Source: the human T2T-CHM13v2.0 reference genome, Homo sapiens. From it: a stretch of 64,000 nt of DNA. The position numbers were made by a program, and so were the translations under genes. Positions 36,938-56,486 of this stretch are shown piece after piece. Position 1 is the first letter of the stretch; each line of letters opens with the position of its first letter. The stretch lies in assembly GCF_009914755.1 (NCBI RefSeq), contig NC_060948.1. One strand, written 5' to 3'. A model generated the notes under the pieces. That model saw nothing but the letters and a program-made list of their open reading frames with translations, did no database searches and was not told the origin of the DNA.

Positions 36938-37558
36938 CATCATCACGGGTCATTAGAGAAATGCAAATCAAAACCACAATGAAATACCAACTTATGCCAG
37001 TTAGAATGGCGATCACTAAAAAAGTCAGGAAACGAGAGATGCTGGAGAGGATGTGGAGAAATAGGAACGCTTTTACACTGTTATTGAGAGTGTAAATTAG
37101 TTCAACCATTGTGGAAGACAGTGTGGCGATTCCTCAAGAATCCAGAACCAGAAATACTATACGACCACAGACTGGATAAAGAAAATGTGGTACACAGACA
37201 CACCATGGAATACTATGCAGCCATAAAAAGGATGGGTTCATGTCCTTTGCAGGGACATGGATGAAGCTGGAAACCATCATTCTCAGCAAACTAACACAAG
37301 AACAGAAAAGCAAACACCACATGTTCTCACTCATAAGTGAGAGTTGAACAATGAGAACACATGGACACAGGGTGGGGAACATCACACACCAGGGTCTGTC
37401 AGGGGGTCAGGGGCTAGTGGAGGTATAGCATTAGGAGAAATACCTAATGTAGATGATGGGTTGATGGGTGCAGCAACCCACCATGGCACATGTATACCTA
37501 TGTAACAAACCTGCACGTTCTGCACATGTACCCCAGAACTTAAAGTATATAAAAAGAA

Positions 37559-37560
<2 letters not shown>
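36938..37560 (+). mobile_element. L1PA 3' fragment with internal deletion, then (TA)n
   Basis: cattagagaaatgcaaatcaaaaccacaatg...ccccagaacttaaagtat. Confidence 0.9.
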
Positions 37561-37589
<29 letters not shown>

Positions 37590-37844
37590 CTGTATTTATT
37601 TAATAAAATTTCAAATTAATGATGTAAAAATTTTGAATTTTATAAATTTGAATATGACTTGGCCTGTGACAGAGACAGAGGCCACAAGACCCCTGCAGTC
37701 TACCCTATACCCTGCTGCCACAGTGACCTCCCTAACATACACACCTGATCACAAGTCCCCTCAGAGCAGCTTCCATGGCTTCCCCTGCCTCTTGAAATAC
37801 TGCCCAACTTGTGTTCTGTCTGGGTACTCTTGTTCTGAGGCACC

Positions 37845-38664
37845 CTTGATCCTTGATTTTATAAGTCCACTTGGCTGAGCCATGGTGCCCACATATGTGA
37901 TTAAATGTTCTTCTGGGTGTTTCTTTGAGGTTGCTTTAAATGAGATAAATATCGAAATCAGGAGACTTTGAGTAAAGGAATTGGTGGGTAGGCCTGGTCT
38001 AATCAGTTGAAGGTCATAATAGAACAAAAGACTGGGCTGGGTGCAGTGGCTCACACCTATAATCCCAGCACTTTGGGCAGCTGAGGCAGGTGGATCATCT
38101 GAGGTCAGGAGTTTGAGATCAGCCTGGCCAACATGGTGAAACCTTGTCTCTACCAAAAAAATAAAAATAAATTAGCTGGGCGTGGTGGTGTGTGCCTATA
38201 ATCACAACTACTCGGGAGGATGAGGCAGAAGAATTGCTCAAACCTGGGAGATAGAAGTTGCATTGAGCCGAGATCGCACCGAGATCGCATCGTACCCCAG
38301 CCTGGGCAACAAGAGTGAAACTCTGTCTCAAAAAAAAAAAAAAAAAATCTAAATCAGTACACTTTGAGTAAAGCAATTTGTCCTTCCTATGGTGGGTGGG
38401 CCTGGTCCAATCAGTTGAAGGTCTGACTAGAACAGAAGACTAATGTTACCTGAGCCAGAAGGGATTCTGCCAACAGATGGACTTTGGACTCCAACTACAT
38501 CATCAGCTCCTCCCTGGGTCTCCAGCTGGCTGGTCTACCCCATACATCTTGAGACTTGCCAGCCTCCATCACCATATGAGCAAAATTCCTTAAAATAAAT
38601 GTGCTTTCTATCAGTACACACATCATATTGGTTCTATTTCTCTGCAGTATCTTGACTCAGACAC
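37845..38664 (+). mobile_element. MLT2 (ERVL) LTR split by Alu
   Basis: gactttgagtaaag...aatcagttgaagg...ttggttctatttctctg. Confidence 0.8.
38035..38347 (+). mobile_element. AluS
   Basis: Full Alu. Confidence 0.95.
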
Positions 38665-39319
38665 ACAGTTCCCTGGTTCTGCGGCACCCACCTCCCGTGG
38701 TATCCTTGTTCTGTAAGAAATTAGTAAGTTTTAGGTGAACGCCAAGGAGGAATTTCATCCAGGAAAGCTCTTTGCCTCCTTGTAGACCCGATGAATTTCT
38801 ACTCACTCTCTAAAATTTAACTCAAATACATGTATTTTCTGATAATGTTTCTAACTCTATGAGCAAAACCAGGCATCTCACTCCATGGCATCTGGACACG
38901 CAGCTACAGAGGTGCATCTGACATGCCCCTGAGTTGTTATGTACCATCTTCCCCTGACTGTGAATCTCTTAGGAATGACATCCATAAAAATGCAATGTGC
39001 CATCCAGGATTTAATACGTGCTCAAATATTGCCGAGTGTGGTTTTTCTCGTCTCTGTTTTCACAGTCCAGGCTGGCACCATTTCTCTGCAAATCAGTGTA
39101 TTTTTCACCCACCTGATTTTCCTGCCCCCAGCCTCCCCTCCCACAAGGCGCCTTGAAGCTGCTGTCAAGCTCAATCTCCTGAAGATAGCCCAAATCCTTC
39201 CCGCAGCCTTTGGAAAGCCTCCCATAGCTTCTTCTCCCAGCAAATCTAAGTAAACTACAAGGTGACTCCCATGTTCCCCTCCCCATTTTTCCTGTTTGTA
39301 GGGATGTTGTATGAGTCTG

Positions 39320-39720
39320 GTTTTTTTGTTGTTGTTGTTGTTTAATACTTTAAGTCCTGGGGTACATGTGCAGAACATGCAGGTTACATAGGTATCCATG
39401 TGCCATGGTGGTTTGCTGCACCTATCAACCCGTCATCTACATTAGGTATTTCTCCTAATGCTCTCCCTCCCCCAGTCCCCTACTCCCCGACAGGCCCCAG
39501 TGTGTGATGTTCCCCTCCCTGTGTCCATGTGTTCTCATTGTTCAACTCCCACTTATGAGTGAGAACATGAGGTGTTTGGTTTTCTGTCCTTGTGATAGTT
39601 TGCTGAGAATGATGGTTTCCAGCTTCATCCATGTCCCTGCAAAGGACATGAACTCATTCTTTTTTATGGCTGCATAGTATTCCATGGTGTCTCTGTGCCA
39701 TATTGTCTTTACACAATCTA
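39320..39720 (-). mobile_element. L1PA 3' end
   Basis: Minus ORF MEYYAAIKKNEFMSFAGTWMKLETIILSKL. Confidence 0.93.
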
Positions 39721-39764
39721 TGGTCAAATAGTATTTGATATAGATAAGGATGGATAAATAAAGT

Positions 39765-40545
<781 letters not shown>

Positions 40546-41266
40546 TTAGACTGTAGGCTCCCTGTTGGAACCACCCTGCTCGTGGACAATCACTGCTGTC
40601 TTGGTAATGAACACCCCCTACATATCTGCTTCACTATAGAGCTGCTGCCTCCAGAAACCCCATACACCCATGCGTTCTGGCAGTGCCAACGGCTGGAAAT
40701 TGCTGCCCACTCCTCAGCCAAACCCACAGTCAGGCAGGGAACCCAAGCCAGGCCAATTGGGTCCCTGCCTTGGGATAGTCCAACGTAACATAAGAAAAAG
40801 ACAGTGTGTTAGTATTATAGGCAAAGCAAGGCAAAAGAGAATAGAGAAGCAGCTCGGGTAAGAGACTAAAGCTTCTCTGCAGGAAGAGGAGACCCCAGAG
40901 ATAGGAAGCTGGCATCCTGGAAAGGTTGGACTCTGTGTTCTGGCCTCTGAGAAGAAAGTGATCACTAAGCTTGGTGCAGATTAAACATAGAAGCAAAGGC
41001 TCTTCTGGCTTAAGTGGATCAAGCTGGGGTCAGTCGCTTGCAGCCAGGGTTTTGATGCATTTGTTCGTTCTCTCTGGATGGGGTCAGTCCCTCGCAGCCA
41101 GAATTCTGAGGCGTGTGCTCCTATTGTCTGGATGTGTGGGGTTTTATTTACTTTCTTTCAAAAGAAAAGTAGATAGAAAGGCTCAAAAGGATGGGGGCAG
41201 GGGAAAGACCTCCCAGGAATAAGAAAGAGGTCCAGGCAGCAACCATACAGGAAGAAGCAAAAATGA

Positions 41267-41667
<401 letters not shown>

Positions 41668-41962
41668 TGTGGGTCTCTTTTTGCACAGCTGGGACAGGGA
41701 AGAAGAAAACTTGTGTTCCTCTGCCACTGTTTCCTGCAGAAATGGGTGAATACAGTAAATGGTACGGACGTTCCTCAAAAAAATTAAAAATAGAACTACT
41801 CGATGATGCAGCAAGCATGCTTCTAGGTATTTATCCAAAAGATAAATCGGTCTATGAGAGACATTTGCACCCCCATGTTTATGGCAGCAGTATTCACAAT
41901 CACCAAGATATGGAATGAACCCAAGCGTTCAGTAGATGAATGGATGAAGAAAATGCGGTACA

Positions 41963-42021
41963 GCTGGGTGCGGTGGCTCAGGCCTGGCGACAGACTGACA
42001 CTCCGTCTCAAACAAAAAAAA
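41963..42021 (+). mobile_element. Internally collapsed Alu (~60 bp)
   Basis: Alu 5' 18 nt joined to 3' ~30 nt + A-tail; 16-bp TSD aagaaaatgcggtaca. Confidence 0.85.
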
Positions 42022-42081
42022 AAGAAAATGCGGTACACGCACACAATGGGATACTATGCAGCCTTCAAAAGAAGGTAGTTG

Positions 42082-42408
<327 letters not shown>

Positions 42409-42435
42409 TTACAGCCTTAAACGGAAGGTAATTGG

Positions 42436-43096
<661 letters not shown>

Positions 43097-43449
43097 TCAT
43101 TTGCCACAACATGGATGAACCTGGGGGATGTTAACGTGAAATACACCAGACACAGAGAGACAAATACCGCATGATGTCACTGACATGTAGAATCTAAAAT
43201 AGTCAAATTCACAGAAGCAGACAGTAGAATGATGGTTTTCAGAAGATGAGGAGAGAGGGACGTAGGGAGATGCTGTTCCACAAGTATAAGGTTTTGGTAT
43301 ATAACATGAATCAGTTCTGCAGTCTGGGTACAACTGTGCACACCACAGCAGTTGTGCCTAGAGTTAACAAGACCGTATTATACATGTAACACTTTGTCAA
43401 GAGGGTGGCTCTCATGGTAAGCGTTTGACCGTGATAAAATAAAAATTTC

Positions 43450-43937
43450 AACACGTATGTTTATTGCAATACTATTTATAACAGCAAAGACTTGGAACCA
43501 ACCCAAATGTCCATCAATGATAAGACTGGATAAAGAAAATGTGGTATGTAGACACTATGGAATACTACGCAGCCATAAAAAAGGATGAGTTCATCTCCTC
43601 TGCAGGGACATGGATGAAGCTGGAAACTGTTATTCTCAGCAAACTAACAGAGGAACAGAAAACCAAACACTGCCTGTTTTCACTCATAAGTGGGAGTTGA
43701 ACAATGAGAACACATGGACACAGGGAAGGGAACATCACACACCGGGGCCTGTCAGGGAGCTGGGGGCAAGGGGAGGGAGGGCATTAGGGCAAATACTTAA
43801 TGCATGCAGGGCTTAAAACGTAGAAGATTGGTTGATAGGCGCAGCAAACCACCATGGCACACGCACACCTATGTAACGAACCTGCACGTTCTGCACATGT
43901 ATCCCAGAACTTAGAGTAAAATTAAAAAGAAAGAAAG
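43450..43937 (+). mobile_element. L1PA (8-10-like) 3' end
   Basis: cacgtatgtttattgca...atcccagaacttagagtaaaattaaaaa. Confidence 0.92.
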
Positions 43938-44423
43938 TCAAAGACAGTTTTGTAAATGTTCGGCTACATCGTAACATTCAAAATGAGACTGGCCAACTTT
44001 CCCTATCTGCTTTGATGAGTCCATCAGAATACTTGTAATATGTGGACTAAGTCTTTAAATAAAAACACCTGCTTATAAATATGCCTGAATAACATGAGCT
44101 CTGGCACTTGTCAGCCTCAGACAGGTCATGACTCAGTAAAGGATGGAACACTTCCTTGCTGACACAGACTTGGAGATTGAGAAAGCAACACAGGCCACCC
44201 AATGGGAGAAAGAGGACATGGTACAGTGAAAGGCCAGTGTGCTGGACATGGGGAGGGCCATGCTATGCACTCTGGTGTCTGGATTAACCACTGGGACCAG
44301 CCCTGACTTCCTGCATGGCTGAAGAGGAGGCTGATGATGCATTGGGAGTTGGCATCCTGGCTCTCAGTGCTGGAACCCTGGACCACCTGGGTGAGACTAC
44401 CAGACTGAGAGCCCTCCCTGCCC

Positions 44424-44694
44424 TTACTCTGTCGCCCAGGCTGGAGTGCAGTGGCGCAATCCCAACTCACTGCAACCTCCACCTCCTCGATTCAAGCGAT
44501 TCTCCAGCCTCAGCCTCCTGAGTAGCTGGAATTACAGATGCCCAACACTACACCCGGCTAATTTTTGTATTTTTAGTAGAGACAGGGTTCCACCATAACA
44601 GCCAGGCTGGTCTCAAACTCCTGACCTCAGGTGATCCACCCGCCTCGGCCTCCCAAAGTGCTGGGGTTACAGGCGTGAGTCACCGTGCCCGGCC
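44424..44694 (-). mobile_element. AluS lacking tail
   Basis: Alu body. Confidence 0.94.
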
Positions 44695-45634
44695 TGGAAC
44701 ATTTGTTGTTTCAATAAACAGCTGTGCATTTTTGCCCCCTAAAAGCACCATTGGACGACCACAATCCCAGGCCTGATGCTGGCAGTCATAGGGGATCAGA
44801 TGTCCTCCCGTATTCTCTATCCACAAAACAGGAAGCTTAGCTGATGACTCCTGGAGGCACACTCAACCCTAAACTATGATATAATCCTGCAGGAAAATAA
44901 ATGGTATCCCAAGATGTTCAGTATGAAAATGCATGTGGCTTTGTGGGTATTTTGCAAAGAAGCGAATGGGATAGTATCTGTTTTCTTCACTACAATCTCA
45001 GGGAATGACTCATGGAAACATCAGTGATCCGCAAGCAGATTATGGTTAAACTAAAACTCCTACGAGGCTGTCTCCAAAAACTTGAGCTATCTGAGGTGCT
45101 TCATCAACAGAGGTGTGAAAATACCGTCCTACTTGCCGGGCTGAGGGCCTGGGAGCTTACGGGTGACTCAGCTTTGCTTAGTATCACTGCTCACCATGCG
45201 ACAATTCTGTGAAGTTCTTCAGACATGCAGGATCAACGCACAGTGTTACAGATCATCTGACACTTCTTCCTACCAACAAGTGTCTGCAGGCGTAGCTGCT
45301 GGGCTGCCTTGCTGGAACTTATCAGGGTGGAAACTCTTTGGGGTGAGAATACCACGTTTCGGCGTCTTCAGGGGATACAGCAGAGGTGTGTTGAATGCTA
45401 CGGTGATAGCTACAAGCACAGGCAAAGGCTCCTACAGCAAATAAAACAGACCTACAAGACCAGCCACAGTAGATGAAGGGCTATAGGGACCAGCATGGGC
45501 ATTCGGACCAGCACGGGCATTGAGAACAGCAGTTCAGCTTAAGCCACAAAACTTCAATTCTCCTTAAAATCTACAAGAGTCCATCTGAACCACCAAAGTT
45601 TTGGCCAAACCCAAGACCAAGAGTCCAAAACCAG

Positions 45635-45930
45635 GCTGGACGCAGTGGCTCCTGCCTGTAGTCCCAGAACTTTGGGAAGCCATGGCAGGCAAGATGGCTT
45701 GAGCTCGGGAGTTTGAGACCAGCCTGGGACAAATGGCAAAACCTCATCTTTACAAAAAAAAATACAAATATTAGCAGGGCATGGTAGCACGTGCCTACAG
45801 TCGTAGCTACTCGAGAGACTGAGGTGGGAAGATTGCTTGAGCCCGGAGGCAGAAATTGCAGTGAGCCAAGACTGCACTATTACACTTCAGCCTGGGCGAC
45901 AGAGCCAGACCCTGTCTCAAAAAAAGAAAA
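45635..45930 (+). mobile_element. AluJ
   Basis: Diverged full Alu. Confidence 0.92.
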
Positions 45931-46237
45931 AGGGTCCAACACCATCTTCCTGAAGCCATGTGTATGTCAGTAGAAGAAACCTTCAACCCCCTAGAGAATC
46001 CAAAGGGGAGTGGGGAACTCAGGTGCTGTCCTCATTTACCCCGAAATGAAGTTGTGCAGGAAAAAAAGAAAAAAGCGTCCAGGAATTCAGAACATGCTTA
46101 TTATCCTAGTGAGACCCAAGGTTCCATTTGCTACAGAAGCCTATGAAATAATTCCTAGGACAAAGGGTCACTAAGAAGTCATTCATCTTTTGGGTAATAG
46201 TTGAAGGAGTCAGAAAACAGTCACACCAGTAGTTTAG

Positions 46238-46549
<312 letters not shown>

Positions 46550-46789
46550 CTACACGTGGTTTTTAAGGGCCAGCAAATTATATGTATGCACACACCTCAG
46601 TTTGGAAGGAGAATGACTGAGTACCAGTGGGATACCAGGAGAGCCCAGGAAGAAGGCAGCGTATCCCTTCACAAGCCCCTTTCCATGACTTTTCTACATG
46701 ACTCCAGCAAGACTATGCTGGGGAGGAGGAGGAGACACAGGGCCTCGCCTGAGTATGGGTGCTGACTTGGTGCAAGAAGAGAAGGGTAG

Positions 46790-47452
<663 letters not shown>

Positions 47453-47907
47453 TAAGCAGCTGAAGAACTGAACGGATAAAACAAAGCCCTCAAAACCACA
47501 GACACGTGTGTCCATGTCTGAGGTCCACGGGGCAAGGAGGAAAAAAGAACCAACTCACGCATCCTCCAGGGGTGAAGACTGGGCATTAAAATAAATGCCC
47601 GTATGGAGGGAAAATATCCATCTTGGGACTCATGGGAAAAACAGGCAAACACAAAAAACAGGAAAGTAATATTCCATAAAAAAGAAATGAAGAGCATCAG
47701 TTGAAATGAAGATTTATGTGGGGCGAGGCAGAAGGACCTGAGACCACTAATCCTTCACTATCTCAATTATAGCAAGAAATAGGTTGGAAGGAAAACACAA
47801 ATATACAGCCTATAAAAGATACCCACAGAGGAGTAATTCAGGTGGAACATAAAAGAGATTTAAAGGTAAATAGAAACGAAAAGAAAGTCAGAGTCAAAAT
47901 ATTATCA

Positions 47908-48212
47908 GGCCGGGCACAATGGCTCGCACCTGGAATCCCTGCATTTTGCGAAGCCAAGGAGGACGGATTGCTTGAGCTCAGGAGTTTGAGACTAGCCTGA
48001 GCAACATAGTGAGAGCCTGTTTCTACAAAAAATACAAAAATTAGCTATGCGTTGTGGCGCATGCCTGTAGTCCCAGCTACTCGGGAGGCTGAGGTGGGAC
48101 GATGTCTTCAGCCTGGGAGGCTAAGGTTGCAGTGAACCAAGATGGTGCCACTGCACTCCTGCCTGGGTGACAAGAGCGAGACCCCATCTAAAAAAAAAAA
48201 AAAAAAAAAAAA
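47908..48212 (+). mobile_element. AluJ
   Basis: Full Alu. Confidence 0.93.
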
Positions 48213-48218
48213 GACTAT

Positions 48219-48265
48219 CATTACTTTTAATGGCAAAAACAGCAATTACTTTTGCACCAACCTAA
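48219..48265. mobile_element. Half MADE1 / Hsmar1 TIR
   Basis: cattacttttaatggcaaaaacagcaattacttttgcaccaacctaa followed by TA. Confidence 0.9.
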
Positions 48266-48453
48266 TATATTCATATCAGATAAAAAATAATAAATTCAGA
48301 GCACAAAAATATTAAACGTTTAACAAAAGGGTTAATGCGGTAACATAATAAGAAGGGTGCCGGAAACGAGTAGGAGATATAACATCACATCCTAGAGAAG
48401 CCCGGACAATAGTAGACAGAGGGAAGATCAAAATCAAGAATGAGGAGACTCAG

Positions 48454-49997
<1,544 letters not shown>

Positions 49998-51078
49998 TAA
50001 ATGGAAAGGTTTCGTGCAAAGAAAAAAAAAATCCCTGAGATAAAAACCCAGATCTGCCATTATAAGATGTATAGTAAGCCATACGATTTATTTTTAAATG
50101 CCCATATGTCCATCAACCTCATCCTGATGAAACCGTGGAGCTTTAAAGATCAAGAGAAAATCCTAAAAGCATCAAGGGAGGAACAAAAAGGACATCTGCC
50201 AATGGAAAAGCAAATCAGGTGGAAAGAGCTCTTCGTCAATGTGAGATTTCAGTAAGGAATAAAGAAAGAGCTACAGAGTCCTGAATGACAAAGGATCTGA
50301 ACAAATAACCCTAGACCCGATATGGGAAAACGAGATTTGTCTCAAACACTTTGGGACTCAGGAAATTAAAAAAAAAAAAAAAAAGAATCATTGCTTGTTT
50401 CTCTAAAACTGTGCCCAGACACACACACACACTACAGCAAGCTAAGATTTCCAGGCAAATCACTAAGCCATTCATAGGGAAAGACAGGCACTGTGTGTCA
50501 GATCAAGGATTCACCTACATAATGGTGGTTATGAAATGGAAAATAGAGAAACACATGTACATCACTGGGGTGTGGCTACCATAGTCAAAACAGGGTAACT
50601 CTTGAGAAAAACATCCTCTCTACAAAACGCTTATTTTAAAAAACTAATTAGAGATTGGGACAAAAAGAATCCTCAAAACAGCAATCAGAATCAAGTGATA
50701 GCATGTGGTGGATGGCTAGGGTTATGCTACTTTGTCTTCAAAAGGCAGAACCTGTTGTTCTAATTTAATTTCTGAAGTTACTCAGTTGAGAAACGGAGTT
50801 AGCTAACACTTGGTTTAAAGTTACGAAAGTTTCAAAGAGCTTCTGCACAGCCCAGGAAACTATCAACAGCGTGAACAGACAACCTACAGAATGAGAGAAA
50901 GTATCTGCCAACTATGCATCTGATAAAGGTTTAATATCCAGAATTTATAAGGAACTTAAACAAATTTACAAAACAAAACAAAAATAAAAACAAAAAAAAT
51001 CCCATTGAAAGCACACCCTTTGCCACGTCAGGCAAAGGACATGAACAGACACTTTTCAAAAGAAGATATACATGCAGC

Positions 51079-51932
<854 letters not shown>

Positions 51933-52059
51933 TCAATCATTCTGTCATAAAGACACATGCACGTGTATGTTCGTGGCAGCACCTTTCACAATAGCAAAGA
52001 CATGGGATCAATCTGAATGCCCATCAGTGGTAGACAGAATAAAGAAAATATGGTACATA

Positions 52060-52365
52060 GGCCAGGTGCGGTGGCTCACGCCTGTAATTCCAGCACTTTG
52101 GGAGGCCAAGGCGGGTGGATCGCGAGGTCAGGAGTTCGAGACCAGTCTGGCCAACACATGGTGAAACCCCGTCTCTACTAAAAATACAAAAAAATTAGCT
52201 GGGCGTGGGGGCGTGCACCTGTAATCCCAGCTACTTGGGAGGCTGAGGCAGAGGAATTTTCAAGGGTGCAGTGAGCTGAGGCAGAGGAATTTTCAAGGGT
52301 ACTGCACTCCAGCAGCCTGGGTGACACAGCGAGACTCCATATCAAAAAAAAAGAAAGAAAGAAAA
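52060..52365 (+). mobile_element. AluSg-like with internal rearrangement
   Basis: 20-bp TSD aaagaaaatatggtacatag. Confidence 0.94.
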
Positions 52366-52965
52366 AGAAAATATGGTACATAGACACCATGGAATACTAT
52401 GCAGCCATAAATAAGAACAAGATCATGTCCTTTGCAGAAACATGGATGGAGCTGGAGGCGATTATCCTCAGCAAACTATGTAGGAACAGCAAAACCAAAT
52501 TACTACATGTTCTCACTTATAAGTGAGAGCTAAATGATGAGAACATATGGACACAGAGAGGGGAATAGCATTCATTGAGGCCTATCAGAAGGTGGGAGGA
52601 GGGACAGGATCAGGAAAATAACTAATGGGTACTGGGCTTAATACCTGGGTGATGAAATAATCATACAACAAACCCCCATGACACGAGTTTACCTATGTAA
52701 CAAACCTGCACCTGTATCCCTGAACTTAAAAATGGTTTTTAAAAATTATGGAAGTTTGAACTATAAGAATCAAAATTTCCAGAAGGTTGGGGTGATGAGG
52801 CATGAAGCTTCCCTGAGTGCAAAAGAACTCACCATTGCCACCCACGGCAAAAAGAAAAGTGACATAGAAGCAAAAAAAAAGATACAAAGCATAGTAACAT
52901 TTATTCAACATCTCATTAAACATTTCGCAAGAGTGAAGGATAGACTATGCAAGAGGGTTATAATG

Positions 52966-53392
<427 letters not shown>

Positions 53393-53730
53393 TCACTGCT
53401 CTCTTGGTGGAGTTGGTACCGAGACACGGCCCGATGTGGGCAGATGCTTAGACAGGGAACATGGCTTCCTCTTCCTGGAATGGCAAGAACTTCGAATTCT
53501 GCCCCCTCTCTGCCAACGTTAGATATGTCACGGTTGAATGACTAAACACCAAATACATATCCGGAGCGAGAAATGGCATGATGCTTTCAGAGGAAGGATG
53601 GAGCTGGAATTTGGGGAATGAGGAAATGGCTTTTCCCTCTTTGTGTGTTTAGTGATGATAAGAGCAATCAGTTCTGACAGCTCCTACTGGCTGCTACCTA
53701 CTGGCTGGCTGGAGCGTTGGCTTTGGTTAG

Positions 53731-54068
<338 letters not shown>

Positions 54069-54950
54069 CAATAAAAGTTTTTAAAATGTTATCAGTAATG
54101 CTATAATGATCATCATAACTTATGGTAGGTACAAACTATAGAATCCACAACTGCTTACCAAGGTCTTATAAAGACCTAAATCTGTGGTTTATTGAGGTTC
54201 TTTGAAACCCCTCAATTTTCTTCTTGGTATTAATGATTGAATTTTTAATGGTGGGGCAGAATCTGCCCAAGTATTAGAGGGACAAAGAAGGATACAGAGA
54301 GCTGGAGTTCCATCAGTTCAGCCTGGTTAATGTGTCGTTTCTGAGCACACAGCAAGCCCTACCCTGTTTATGTGGTAAGGTCTCACTCCTATACAGAACA
54401 TGGCATGATTCAAATTCTAAAAAGAAGATGTCTGGATAAGCACTTTTGATTGACTGTCTGATTAGAGGTACTTTTAATGGAATAGGCAGAAAATGCAAAT
54501 ATCTAATGAACATGCTGGAGAGGTTCACCATCGGCAAGCATTTCATTTTCTTTTCTTCAAAAATTAATTACAGAGTGTGGCTGCGTTTCTGTGGATTCAG
54601 TGTTTCTAATTCTTTCTTAAATTAGTCCTTTAATTTTCTTCCCAAGGAGACACATGGATATACAACACGTAACACAGTGACATTTTCTTGTCACTGAAAG
54701 AAATTTCAAAGTTCATTTTCAAATTCAAAGAAAAGGAAGGCTGGAGTGGATTGGAAAAGAGGCTACAGGCTAAGAACTTTTAAGAGCCCTAGAGAGAGTG
54801 GGGTGCTGGTGTCACTGTTATTTCATTGATTTTCCTTGTCCACAGCCATTTTCAAGACTCATATTTCAGGGCCTTAGATGGTTTGTCTCATATCACTGCT
54901 GTCTGTAGCAACAACCACTCTGTAGAAGGCTCCCAGGGAAAGACCCATAA

Positions 54951-55262
<312 letters not shown>

Positions 55263-55384
55263 AGGTCTGCCTTATAAGTGATATGAGCATAGGTGGAGGA
55301 GTTGAACACTGGAGAAGGATGGATCAATAACTCCACCCAACCACAGGTGCTCCCATTTCTGGGTGTCTAATCCCAACCCTTGAG

Positions 55385-56486
55385 ATCATGCCGCCATTTT
55401 ATCACCGTTCTATGGTATCATGCCGCCATTTTATCACCGTTCTATGGTATCATGCCGCCATTTTATCACCGTTCTATGGTATCATGCCTCCATTTTATCA
55501 CCGTTCTATGGTATCATGCCGCCATTTTATCACCGTTCTATGATATCATGCCGCCATTTTATCACCGTTCTATGGTATCATGCCACCATTTTATCACCGT
55601 TCTATGGTATCATGCCATTTTATCACCGTTCTATGGTATCATGCCGCCATTTTATCACCGTTCTATGATATCATGCCGCCATTTTATCACCGTTCTATGG
55701 TATCATGCCGCCATTTTATCACCGTTCTATGGTATCATGCCATTTTATCACCGTTCTATGGTATCATGCCGCCATTTTATCACCGTTCTATGGTATCATG
55801 CCGCCATTTTATCACCGTTCTATGGTATCATGCCGCCATTTTATCACCGTTCTATGGTATCATGCCGCCATTTTATCACCGTTCTATGGTATCATGCCAT
55901 TTTATCACCTTTCTATGGTATCATGCTGCCATTTTATCACCGTTCTATGGTATCATGCCATTTTATCACCGTTCTATGGTATCATGCCTCCATTTTATCA
56001 CTGTTCTATATCATGCCTCCATTTTATCACTGTTCTATGGTGTCATGCCGCCATTTTATCACTGTTCTATGGTATCATGCCGCCATTTTATCACTGTTCT
56101 ATGGTAACATGCCTCCATTTTATCACTGTTCTATGGTATCATGCCGCCATTTTATCACCGTTCTATGGTATCATGCCTCCATTTTATCACCGTTCTATGA
56201 TATCATGCCGCCATTTTATCACTGTTCTATGGTATCATGCTGCCATTTCATCACTGTTCTATGGTATCATGCCTCCATTTTATCACTGTTCTATGGTATC
56301 ATGCCGCCATTTTATCACCGTTCTATGGTATCATGCTGCCATTTTATCACCGTTCTATGGTATCATGCCTCCATTTTATCACCGTTCTATGGTATCATGC
56401 TTCCATTTTATCACCGTTCTATGATATCATGCTGCCATTTTATCACCGTTCTATGGTATCATGCTGCCATTTCATCACTGTTCTAC
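55385..56486. repeat. 32-bp VNTR, 35 units (atcatgccgccattttatcaccgttctatggt)
   Basis: Manually parsed 35 units of 29-32 bp. Confidence 0.98.

Noticed and set aside
48219-48265. miR-548-type hairpin
   Set aside because: Only one MADE1 arm present
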